Source: Sedimentisphaeraceae bacterium JB056 (lineage in GTDB: Bacteria > Planctomycetota > Phycisphaerae > Sedimentisphaerales > Sedimentisphaeraceae). From it: a stretch of 64,000 nucleotides of DNA. The notes under the pieces are model-generated. The model did not search any database, was not told the origin of the DNA, and saw only the letters and a list, made by a program, of their open reading frames with translations. This document shows positions 29,270 through 37,495 of this stretch, in pieces (within the stretch, counting starts at the first letter, position 1; the number at the start of each line of letters is the position of its first letter). Where the stretch lies: assembly GCA_044440125.1 (NCBI GenBank), contig JBITAJ010000016.1, positions 23,618 through 87,617 of the forward strand. The letters are read 5' to 3'. A program made the translations under genes and the position numbers.

Positions 29270-30532
29270 TTATATTTTGTATTCGGGTAATATCTTTTTG
29301 ATTGCTTTTCTATCAAATCTCATGAAAACCGGCAGGCCTTCGTTGTCAATTTGTACTGGAGCCTCGCCCTGCACAAGTGGTCTGAGATAGTCTTTGAATG
29401 CTTCGGTAACTCCGTTGCCTTCTTCATTGATATATTCAGCAGGCAAGAATTTTTCGCCATTTGCCACATCGCTCAGAGCAACCACAGAAGTTGTGCATTT
29501 ATATCCGTTGCTGTCATCTCTCTGCATTGTAACCATTTTACCGTTTTCGCCGGCCATCGCATATTCAACAGCTGCTTTGCCGCACATGTAGGCTTCTTCA
29601 ATGTCTGTAAGTGAAGCAAAGTGCATTGCACTTCTTTGGTTTGTGCCAAGCTTGTTGACTCTTGCTTTTACTCCGACTTCTGTTTCAACTATTTCTTTAA
29701 GTGCTTCTGCAACTCCGCCAAGCTGTGCGTGCCCGAAGCTGTCTTTACTGAACGCTCCGCCGTCTTCTGTGATATATTTGCCGTTCTCGCCTTTGAGTCC
29801 TTCACCTGCAACAATAAAAATGTGTCCGAAATCCGCAAGAGATTTTTTACAATCTGCAACGAACTTTTCTTTGCTGAATGCAACTTCAGGCAGATAGATG
29901 AGGTGTGGGGCATCTTGAGGTGTTCTTCTGGCAAGTCCTGATGCGGCAGCAATCCAGCCGGCATTTCTGCCCATTACTTCAAGAATAGTGCATGTGTCGG
30001 TCGTGTAGAGAGCTTCGGTGTCTTTTCCTGCTTCCATTGCACATGTAGCTACATATTTGGCTACACTGCCATAGCCAGGGCAGTGGTCGGTGAAGGCAAG
30101 GTCGTTGTCGATTGTTTTGGGTACGCCCATGCAGGTCATTTCATAACCGGTTTCTGCGGCGAGTTTATTGACCTTGTCTGCAGTGTCCATAGAGTCGTTG
30201 CCGCCAATGTAGAAGAAGTAGCGGATATTGTGAGCTTTGAAAACTTCGATGATACGCTCATAGTCGGCTTTGGATTTACTCATGTCCTTCAGTTTGTAGC
30301 GGCATGAGCCGATAGCCGCGGCCGGTGTACATTTTAGGGCTTCGATTGTGTCGGCTGATTCGGCCGTAATATCGAAAATATCTTCTTTGAGGATTCCAAG
30401 GATTCCGTTTGTTGCGCCGAAAACACGATCTATTTTATCTGATTTGATAGCGGATTGTATTACGCCGCATGCGCTCGAGTTGATCACGGTGGTAGGACCA
30501 CCGGATTGAGCAACTATAGCGTTAACTTTCAT
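29270..30532 (-). CDS. Pyrophosphate-dependent 6-phosphofructokinase
   Basis: QSGGPT, GGNDSMDT (Asp = PPi-type), PKTIDND, EVMGRNAGW; ATG 30532 with SD GGAGA. Confidence 0.9.
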   Translation of the reverse strand: MKVNAIVAQSGGPTTVINSSACGVIQSAIKSDKIDRVFGATNGILGILKEDIFDITAESADTIEALKCTPAAAIGSCRYKLKDMSKSKADYERIIEVFKAHNIRYFFYIGGNDSMDTADKVNKLAAETGYEMTCMGVPKTIDNDLAFTDHCPGYGSVAKYVATCAMEAGKDTEALYTTDTCTILEVMGRNAGWIAAASGLARRTPQDAPHLIYLPEVAFSKEKFVADCKKSLADFGHIFIVAGEGLKGENGKYITEDGGAFSKDSFGHAQLGGVAEALKEIVETEVGVKARVNKLGTNQRSAMHFASLTDIEEAYMCGKAAVEYAMAGENGKMVTMQRDDSNGYKCTTSVVALSDVANGEKFLPAEYINEEGNGVTEAFKDYLRPLVQGEAPVQIDNEGLPVFMRFDRKAIKKILPEYKI

Positions 30533-30545
30533 TATGTAAATCTCC

Positions 30546-30584
30546 AAAAAATAATTATATCGATACTTGATATAATTATTTTTT
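30546..30584. promoter_or_regulatory. Perfect AT-rich inverted repeat, candidate ROK-repressor operator
   Basis: AAAAAATAATTATATC-7 nt-GATATAATTATTTTTT between the divergent operon and the ROK gene. Confidence 0.55.
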
Positions 30585-30699
30585 ACCATATAATAACTTT
30601 AAGTCAAGCATTTTTGGCAAGTTTTTATGGTTTTCGTTGACTATTTTTTTATACTTTGCCATATTGTTCAAGTAATTGTTGGTGAATGGTGGATAAACA

Positions 30700-31881
30700 A
30701 TGAAGAAAGAACCGGCCGATTTTAAAGATATAGCACTGCAAAATGAAAAGTTGGTAATTGCTCTTCTTCGTCGTCATGGCGTAATGAGTCAGACTCAGCT
30801 TCGTAAGCTCTCGGGTCTGAGTATGTCAACGAGCAGCTATATAATCGCCAGGCTTCGCAACAAAGGCTATATACTTGAGACCAAGGGTGAAAGCAAAAAG
30901 AGAGGCGCTAAGCCGGTAAATCTACAGATAGATCCTAATGGGTGCTTTGCTATCGGCATTGAAATCAAGACTGACAGTGTTTTGGCCGGTCTTTTTGATT
31001 TTAACGCCAATCTTATTGGAGAGATATCTGAACCTGCGACTGACACATCCCCTGATTCCATGGCAATTATTGTCAAGAAATGCGTAGAGTTTCTTGTTGA
31101 GGAATATCAGCAGGCTCAAGGGAAGATAGCGGGGGTTGGAATCGCTATAAGCGGTTCTATCCGTGATGATGGAGTGGTTGTTCTTTCCAGTCCTTTGGGG
31201 TGGAAAAATGTGGCTTTTAAGCATAAGTTGACTGAGATAATTGACTTGCCGGTAAATGTGTATACTACTGAAGTCAGGATGCTTGCTGAAATGGACATGG
31301 AGGCTCCCCAGACAAATATGATATATATAAATATCGGCAACGGTGTGGGCGGGCACGTAATACTTGATGGTAATTTGTGTCATGGTGCCACAGGCAGGAT
31401 AGGTGAAATTGGCCACGTTGTTGTGGATCCAGACGGAGATATCTGCGGATGCGGCAACAAAGGTTGCCTTGAGACGCTGATAAGCGGCAGGGCGATTGCA
31501 GCAAAGATAAAGAGCGATATGTCATCGGGGAATTATCCTGAGCTGCAAGGATTTGTCAAAAAGGACGATTTACCTGAGACAGTTGTAAGCAGGTGGGGCA
31601 GCAGGCTTGAGTCGGGCTGTAAATATTCAGAACAGCTTGCTTCAGAGATATCTGCATCTCTTTCCGATGTTGTATGCATGATGGTCAATATCTGTGATCC
31701 GGAGATCATAACTCTTGCAGGCTATGTCAGTGACAGTTGCTTTGGATATCTAAAAACATCTCTTCTTGAAGCATTCAAAACGAAAGTCTATAATTACTCA
31801 GAGAGAAAATTTGCGGTTGTAAAAGCAAAAGCAGGTATTCATGCCTTGATAAAAGGTGCAGCTATAAGCGTTCTTAAATAA
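30700..31881 (+). CDS. ROK-family transcriptional repressor (NagC/XylR-like)
   Basis: N-terminal wHTH; GNGVGG, GEIGH, CGCGNKGCLET. Confidence 0.93.
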   Translation: MKKEPADFKDIALQNEKLVIALLRRHGVMSQTQLRKLSGLSMSTSSYIIARLRNKGYILETKGESKKRGAKPVNLQIDPNGCFAIGIEIKTDSVLAGLFDFNANLIGEISEPATDTSPDSMAIIVKKCVEFLVEEYQQAQGKIAGVGIAISGSIRDDGVVVLSSPLGWKNVAFKHKLTEIIDLPVNVYTTEVRMLAEMDMEAPQTNMIYINIGNGVGGHVILDGNLCHGATGRIGEIGHVVVDPDGDICGCGNKGCLETLISGRAIAAKIKSDMSSGNYPELQGFVKKDDLPETVVSRWGSRLESGCKYSEQLASEISASLSDVVCMMVNICDPEIITLAGYVSDSCFGYLKTSLLEAFKTKVYNYSERKFAVVKAKAGIHALIKGAAISVLK

Positions 31882-32009
31882 GTTTTTCCTTTTTCAATTC
31901 AGTCTTGCTTCAGAATATATCGGAAAATTTCTGTTTGACGTGTGAATCACAGAAAATAATAAGGTTGAAAAAGGCATCCTTATCAATATAGTATAGATAG
32001 TATAAGTTT

Positions 32010-32136
32010 TTGTAAGCGTTCACACCGCTAATCAGAGTCTTGCTTTTGTATACTATGCTTGCTGTTTTCGCAGCACCCAAACGGTATCCAATGCGTAAAG
32101 CAACAGTATTTTCGGTAAACGCGTGAACGATTACAA
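32010..32136. ncRNA. Candidate structured RNA (long interrupted hairpin), family unassigned
   Basis: Nested complementary segments TTGTAAGCGTTCAC/GTGAACGATTACAA, ACCG/CGGT, TTGCTTT/AAAGCAA, TGCTG/CAGCA. Confidence 0.4.
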
Positions 32137-32177
32137 GTTTTTGTTATTTGTGATTATATATTGGATATGGAATATTT

Positions 32178-32885
32178 ATGATTAAAGCGGTTATATTTGA
32201 TTTTGACGGCGTTATTGCCGACAGTGAAGAACTGCATTTTAGAGCTTTCAACCAGACTCTCGCCTCTTATGGAGTGCTTGTTGACCAGAAGGTTTACTGG
32301 CAAAAGTACCTTGGTTTTACCGACAGGGAGGCTTATGAGCAAATGAGTATTGATCATGGGCTTAATTTTACTGACAGTAAAATAGAATGGCTTATAGATG
32401 AAAAGGCTGTTGTATTCGATCAGCTTGTTCACAGTGATGGCGTCATTATTGACGGTGTTCTTGACTTTTTGAAGCATCTGAAAGACAGCAATATTCCTAT
32501 GGCAATATGTTCTGGAGCAACGCTTTCAGATATAGAGAGTGTTTTTGAGTCTACAAAAAAACGCCTTGGCATCGATCTTGCAAAACATTTTGAAGTCATC
32601 GTCACGGCTGATGAGGTCAAGAACGGCAAACCTGATCCTGAAGGATATCTTATAACAGTTGAGAAGCTCAGGGAGATTCTTGGCGTGGAGCTCGAGGCTT
32701 CTGATTGTGTGGTTATAGAAGATTCTCACTGGGGAATAGAAGCCGCAAAAGCTGCTGAGATGAAGGTGATTGGTGTAACCAATTCCTATCCTGCTGCTGA
32801 ACTTGAGAATGCTGCTGATATCGTGGTTGATAATTTAAGAAGTCTCAGCATCAATGATATTGGCAAGAAATTGAGCTTAATTTGA
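32178..32885 (+). CDS. HAD phosphatase (beta-PGM/CbbY-like)
   Basis: FDFDGVIADSE, GKPDPEGY, VIEDS..GIEAA. Confidence 0.9.
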   Translation: MIKAVIFDFDGVIADSEELHFRAFNQTLASYGVLVDQKVYWQKYLGFTDREAYEQMSIDHGLNFTDSKIEWLIDEKAVVFDQLVHSDGVIIDGVLDFLKHLKDSNIPMAICSGATLSDIESVFESTKKRLGIDLAKHFEVIVTADEVKNGKPDPEGYLITVEKLREILGVELEASDCVVIEDSHWGIEAAKAAEMKVIGVTNSYPAAELENAADIVVDNLRSLSINDIGKKLSLI

Positions 32886-32933
32886 TTTTTTTAACACAAA
32901 ACCGCTGAAAAATACAAACATCTTGCTATGGGG

Positions 32934-32961
32934 TTGCAATTGTATTTGAAAGTGGTAGAAT
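32934..32961 (+). promoter_or_regulatory. Putative sigma70 promoter of riboswitch leader
   Basis: TTGCAA-16 nt-TAGAAT with extended -10 TG. Confidence 0.45.
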
Positions 32962-32989
32962 TACTCTCGTTCTTTGAAAAAAATAAATA

Positions 32990-33151
32990 GCTTTCGAATT
33001 TAAGGGAACACGGTTAAATTCCGTGACGGTCGCGCCGCTGTAAGCGTAATGGTAATTTGCCATAAGCCGGTCTTGTTTGTCCACTGTCTCAATGAGAGAT
33101 GGGAAGGAAAGATGACGGCATTACGTAAGTCAGAAAACCTTATTTGAAAGC
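32990..33151 (+). promoter_or_regulatory. Cobalamin riboswitch aptamer
   Basis: AGGGAA (33003), CACGG-TTAAATT-CCGTG, GCCGCTGTAA, CCACTG (33081), GGGAAGG (33101), B12-box AAGTCAGAAAACCT (33127-33140); closing stem GCTTTCGAAT/ATTTGAAAGC. Confidence 0.92.
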
Positions 33152-33243
33152 AGCCTATCAATGGTTCTCGCGGTATAGATCCAGGCAGCGAAATATTTTG
33201 TTATAAACGCAGAAAATGCGTAAAGACTATAACAAGGAAACGT

Positions 33244-33279
33244 AGCCTCTGTTCTCTCGCGGGATCAGAGGCTTTTTTT
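33244..33279 (+). terminator. Intrinsic terminator of riboswitch expression platform
   Basis: AGCCTCTG...CAGAGGCT plus T-run, upstream of first CDS. Confidence 0.85.
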
Positions 33280-33441
33280 GTATATCCTCCAAATGATTAA
33301 TGTCGTTTGGTTTGATATAAATACCATTTTACGTTACGTTTCTTTGTTGTAGTCTGTCGGTTGAGACGAGAGTTTTGGCCGGCAGTTCTACTAAAAAGAG
33401 ACGTTGGTTTTAAGTATTATCTCTTTAAGGTAAAATTGAAA

Positions 33442-34434
33442 ATGAAAATTAATGCAGTGTGCTCAGTTGCCGCTTTACTTTTTTGCTCTGTTGCTTTCTG
33501 CGGCATGTATGCTGATGGAACCGACGATCCGAATTCCATTGACGCCGGTGTGCGGGGTTTTATAGATCAGCAGCTGAATCCTGTATTTGCAGGCTGGGCA
33601 TCAAAAGTAATAGATTACAGCCCTTCAGATGATACAACTTTTTATGGAATAGACGGGATTGGAGTCCTTAATAATTATGAATTTTCAAATCCAACCAATG
33701 CTCTTGGAGAGGTTACAGGTAGTAATGTTGATATTGTTTCTCTTGGTGACCTTAATTGGGAACCGGGGGTTACGTATGATTCTAATGATTTACCAGGTAC
33801 TATAACACTTGGATTCGATTCATCAATATCTGATGGTCCGGGGCCTGATTTTGCGGTTTTTGAGAATAGTTTTGGTTCCAACGGATTAATTTCAGCGGAA
33901 CTTGCATTTGTTGAAGTTTCAACAAATTGCGTGAACTTTGTCCGTTTTCCTAATTATTATTACGCGGCAACCGAATCTGTAGGTATTTTGGGGTCTATTG
34001 ATGTAACTAAAGTTTATAACTTGGCAGGAAAACATATAAACGCTTATTCCGGTTCCTACGGTACACCTTTTGATCTTTATGAGCTTTCCGATCATCAGAT
34101 GGTAACTGAAGGTCTGGTGGATTTGTCTGATATTAATTATGTTCGAATAGTGGACATTGCGGGTAATGGCTATTTTGAAGATAGTTTTGGTCATTTGATA
34201 TATGACATGTGGGAAACACAAGGTTCTGGTGGCTTTGACCTTGAGGCAGTTGGTGTTATCAATACCATATATGGAGACGCCGATTCCGATGGAAGTGTTG
34301 GTATGAGTGATTTTATCCGTTTGAGTTCAAATTGGGGACGGGCAGGTGGCTGGCCTCAGGGTGATTTCGATCTTGACGGTGTTGTAAATGAGAACGATTT
34401 GATTTTATTGGCCTCTGGTTGGCTGGTAAACTAA
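33442..34434 (+). CDS. Secreted surface protein with C-terminal dockerin-like repeats; candidate cobalamin binder
   Basis: Signal peptide; VSLGD, DGPGPDFAVFENSF, ELAFVEVS, GFDLEAVG; two Ca-loop repeats GDADSDGSVGMSD and GDFDLDGVVNEND. Confidence 0.75.
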   Translation: MKINAVCSVAALLFCSVAFCGMYADGTDDPNSIDAGVRGFIDQQLNPVFAGWASKVIDYSPSDDTTFYGIDGIGVLNNYEFSNPTNALGEVTGSNVDIVSLGDLNWEPGVTYDSNDLPGTITLGFDSSISDGPGPDFAVFENSFGSNGLISAELAFVEVSTNCVNFVRFPNYYYAATESVGILGSIDVTKVYNLAGKHINAYSGSYGTPFDLYELSDHQMVTEGLVDLSDINYVRIVDIAGNGYFEDSFGHLIYDMWETQGSGGFDLEAVGVINTIYGDADSDGSVGMSDFIRLSSNWGRAGGWPQGDFDLDGVVNENDLILLASGWLVN

Positions 34435-34481
34435 GCTTTATTATTCAATAATTTCATTAATTCATGGAGCAAATTTTAAAG

Positions 34482-35270
34482 ATGAAAGCTACTAATGTGT
34501 TTAAGATGAACGTGCTTTTCATTGTAATCGCTATATTAGCGGTACAGACAATTGCGGCAACAGATTTCGAAGACCTTTCTTTGGCAGCTGAAAGCCACTG
34601 GACACCTGGAGCAACGACAACATTCTCCAGCGGATCAAACACCTTCAACTATAACTTTACAGACTGGGGAGGCGGAATGACGTCATGGGATGGTATAACC
34701 TATTCTAATGAGACTGACGTTGTTACAGGTGATTACACTAATGATACAAGTGCATATGTCAGCTCTCCGGGCAATAACATATATGGTATAACATATGTTA
34801 GCGGTTTTGCTGCCGAGCCAGCAAGGGTAGAGTTTGATTCAGCAGTTTCAAATGCGGGTATGTCAATAGCCAATACTACGTATTCCTACCTTGCCATGGC
34901 AAATGGAAATGTAGGAACCGGTTCCAAGAAGTTTGGCGGTGAAACTGGTACGGATGAGGACTGGTTCAAACTTACAATATATGGCTGGTATGGCGATACC
35001 GCTACCGGAAGCTTTGATTTTTATCTTGCTGATTTCAGATCTGCTGACAGTGGAGATGATTACATAATTGACGATTGGACAGATGTCGACCTCAGTTCCC
35101 TTGGTTTGGTTGACAGTCTTACTTTCGCACTTTCTTCAAGTGATAACGGCGATTTCGGCATGAATACACCATCTTATTTTGCAATGGACAATGTCGTACC
35201 TGAGCCAGCTACAATGCTTATGTTCGGTATCGGCGCTGTAGGACTTATAAGAAAGCGTAAGTCCTGCTAA
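34482..35270 (+). CDS. DUF4465-like protein with PEP-CTERM sorting signal
   Basis: NTTYSY, KKFGG..DWFKLTI, FYLADFR, DWT.VDLSSLG, SSSD.G.FGMNTPSYFAMDN; tail VPEPATMLMFGIGAVGLIRKRK. Confidence 0.88.
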   Translation: MKATNVFKMNVLFIVIAILAVQTIAATDFEDLSLAAESHWTPGATTTFSSGSNTFNYNFTDWGGGMTSWDGITYSNETDVVTGDYTNDTSAYVSSPGNNIYGITYVSGFAAEPARVEFDSAVSNAGMSIANTTYSYLAMANGNVGTGSKKFGGETGTDEDWFKLTIYGWYGDTATGSFDFYLADFRSADSGDDYIIDDWTDVDLSSLGLVDSLTFALSSSDNGDFGMNTPSYFAMDNVVPEPATMLMFGIGAVGLIRKRKSC

Positions 35271-35312
35271 AATTGTCTTATTGACATTTGGTGTTGTTTC
35301 TGATAAATATTG

Positions 35313-35347
35313 AGGAACATCCCGGATTTTACGGGATGTTCCTGTTT
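35313..35347 (+). terminator. Intergenic hairpin between PEP-CTERM and prepilin genes
   Basis: AGGAACATCCCG-7 nt-CGGGATGTTCCT followed by GTTTT. Confidence 0.6.
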
Positions 35348-35353
35348 TATAAA

Positions 35354-36166
35354 ATGATGAAGACAAAATCATACAAAGCATTTACTCTTATAGAGTTACT
35401 TGTAGTAATAAGTATAATAGCACTTCTGATGAGCGTGCTTATGCCGGCTCTCGGTTCAGCCAGAGCCATAGCTAAAAAAGCTGTTTGCAAAAGTAATATA
35501 AGACAGATAGCTATTGCAAATAATCTCTATTCTCAAGAGAATGATGGCGAATTTGTATTAGCGGCTACGGATATTTATGCCTCCAGCGGCGGTCTGAGCC
35601 GTTGGCATGGTAAACGTGACAATGTGAATGAGGCTTTTGAGTTTACACGTTCAGATCTTTTCCCATATCTTCAAACCGACAGTATAAAGGAATGTCCTGA
35701 AAAGGTAGATTTTATTGATGGTCAGACTTGGGACAGCGATTTTGAAAAGGGCGGCGGCGGATATGGCTATAATATGACCTATGTTGGTTCCGGGAGCTGG
35801 AGGGGCGGAACGGCAACTTATAACAAGGCGACAAAACAGTCTGATGTCTCTTGTCCCTCACAAACAGTTATGTTTGCAGACTCTGCGATGGCCAAACTGG
35901 ATAAAGGGGTTCCTTATTTTCTTGAGTACTCATTCATAGAGCCTCCGTTTTTTGTTAGCAGGGGCATGGTTCAGAAGAATTGGGGCTATACTTCGCCAAG
36001 TATGCATTTCAGACACCGTCATAAGGCCAATATTGTGTGGGTTGATACGCATGTCAGTGAGTTGAATGCTGTGGCCTTTGATGAATTTAATGCTTATGGT
36101 GTCAAGTCATCGGATATGGGTCTTGGCTGGCCTGAGCTAAATAATTCACTGTTTGATCTTAAGTAA
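35354..36166 (+). CDS. Prepilin-type N-terminal cleavage protein (DUF1559 / H-X9-DG-like)
   Basis: KA|FTLIELLVVISIIALLMSVLMPAL..AR, CKSNIRQI, GYGYN, FRHRHKANIVWVDTHV. Confidence 0.92.
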   Translation: MMKTKSYKAFTLIELLVVISIIALLMSVLMPALGSARAIAKKAVCKSNIRQIAIANNLYSQENDGEFVLAATDIYASSGGLSRWHGKRDNVNEAFEFTRSDLFPYLQTDSIKECPEKVDFIDGQTWDSDFEKGGGGYGYNMTYVGSGSWRGGTATYNKATKQSDVSCPSQTVMFADSAMAKLDKGVPYFLEYSFIEPPFFVSRGMVQKNWGYTSPSMHFRHRHKANIVWVDTHVSELNAVAFDEFNAYGVKSSDMGLGWPELNNSLFDLK

Positions 36167-36314
36167 AGTTTCTCAATAAAGTGCAAGCAATCTCGCTTTT
36201 TACGCAAAATATCCTCTATATACAATTCTCTCTTGGCGCAGGAGTCAGTTAAGTATATAATCAGCCTCATTGAGTGTTGTTTTTAGCTATTTTAATTCTC
36301 TTGATTGCCTGTAT

Positions 36315-37409
36315 ATGAAAAAAAAGGTTGCGATAATAACGGTTTACAAGGCAGGTTGGAAGACGGTTCGTAAAAGATGGGAAAAGTTTTTTGTTGATCA
36401 AGAAGATACGGAGTATTGTTTCTATCACCTTGAAGATTATTCCCGATTCATTAATTATTTGACTGTCAAGCTCGATAGGTTCAAGACTTTGTGGTACATA
36501 AGTGCCGGGAGAGCGGCAGTCAAGGCAGCCTTGAAAGATGGCTGCAGTCATATTCTTATAAACACATTTCACTATATACCTTTGATTCCTATAAAAGAGG
36601 GTGTAAAATATTTCACATATGGTGATGCGACGGCTATTCAGGTTGTTGCGCTGCAGCCAAGGAAATACAATGACAAGTCTGCAGAGGGAGCACTTCCTGA
36701 TTCAATCGACCGGTTGTACAAGAAGGGGCTTAAAAGGCTTAATAAAGCCGATTGTATACATATTGGAATGAGTCAATGGTATATTGACGGTCTTATAAAT
36801 GATTATTGTGTGCCTAAAGAGAATACAGTTGTTATCCCCTTTGGACTTGATACTGATCTTTGGAAATCAGATGACAGTGGAAAAGATGCTAATGATGATG
36901 GTCTGAATATACTTTGTGTGGGAGCGCCTTTTAATATGAAAGGCGGGCCGCTGCTGCAGGAAATAAGTGAAATGCCCGAGTTTGCAAATTGCTGCTGGCA
37001 TTTTGTTGCTTATGATGCACATTTTGAATCTGATGATCGCCGGAAATATTATACAAACATAACGGCAGATACACCGGAATTGCTTGATATATACAAGAAA
37101 AGCGATGTTATGGTGCTTCCTACGGCAGCTGACTGCAGTCCTAATGTAGCTATTGAGGCTGCCGCAATGGGGCTGCCCGTAATAATTACCGATATTGGTG
37201 CTACGGGTGAGATCGTAGAAGACAAAAAGAGCGGTTTCTTGATTCCTGCTCCTCCTAAAAAAGATGATATTGTGAGAAAACTTCTCTGGTACATTGAAAA
37301 CAGAGAAGTTCTCAAGCAGCATTCAGGAACGGCGAGGAAAATCGCATTAGAAAAATTTGATATAAATACGCATCTGAAAAAGGTTGGGGAGCTCATATCC
37401 GATTCGTAG
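36315..37409 (+). CDS. Glycosyltransferase family 4
   Basis: KGG, YKKSDVMVLPT..DCSPNVAIEAAAMGLPVI.TDIGATGEIV. Confidence 0.9.
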   Translation: MKKKVAIITVYKAGWKTVRKRWEKFFVDQEDTEYCFYHLEDYSRFINYLTVKLDRFKTLWYISAGRAAVKAALKDGCSHILINTFHYIPLIPIKEGVKYFTYGDATAIQVVALQPRKYNDKSAEGALPDSIDRLYKKGLKRLNKADCIHIGMSQWYIDGLINDYCVPKENTVVIPFGLDTDLWKSDDSGKDANDDGLNILCVGAPFNMKGGPLLQEISEMPEFANCCWHFVAYDAHFESDDRRKYYTNITADTPELLDIYKKSDVMVLPTAADCSPNVAIEAAAMGLPVIITDIGATGEIVEDKKSGFLIPAPPKKDDIVRKLLWYIENREVLKQHSGTARKIALEKFDINTHLKKVGELISDS

Positions 37410-37495
37410 AGAATATTTATAGAGTTCAGGTAAATAAAATATTTTACAATACACTTGACTGTTTGCGGTTTTTTCTACTATAATCTCATACCTTA

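Noticed and set aside
32011..32024. CcpA cre site
   Set aside because: Matches the consensus, but CcpA control is a Firmicutes feature and the gene content points elsewhere; kept only as a generic LacI-like possibility
33361..33441. Upstream extensions of ORF-track starts (also 30589, 35288, 36270, 53616, 59925)
   Set aside because: Downstream ATGs fit signal peptides, SD sites or family N-termini better
36318..36325. A8 tract at the GT4 start as a phase-variation switch
   Set aside because: In frame, encodes a common MKKK start, and such tracts are frequent in AT-rich DNA
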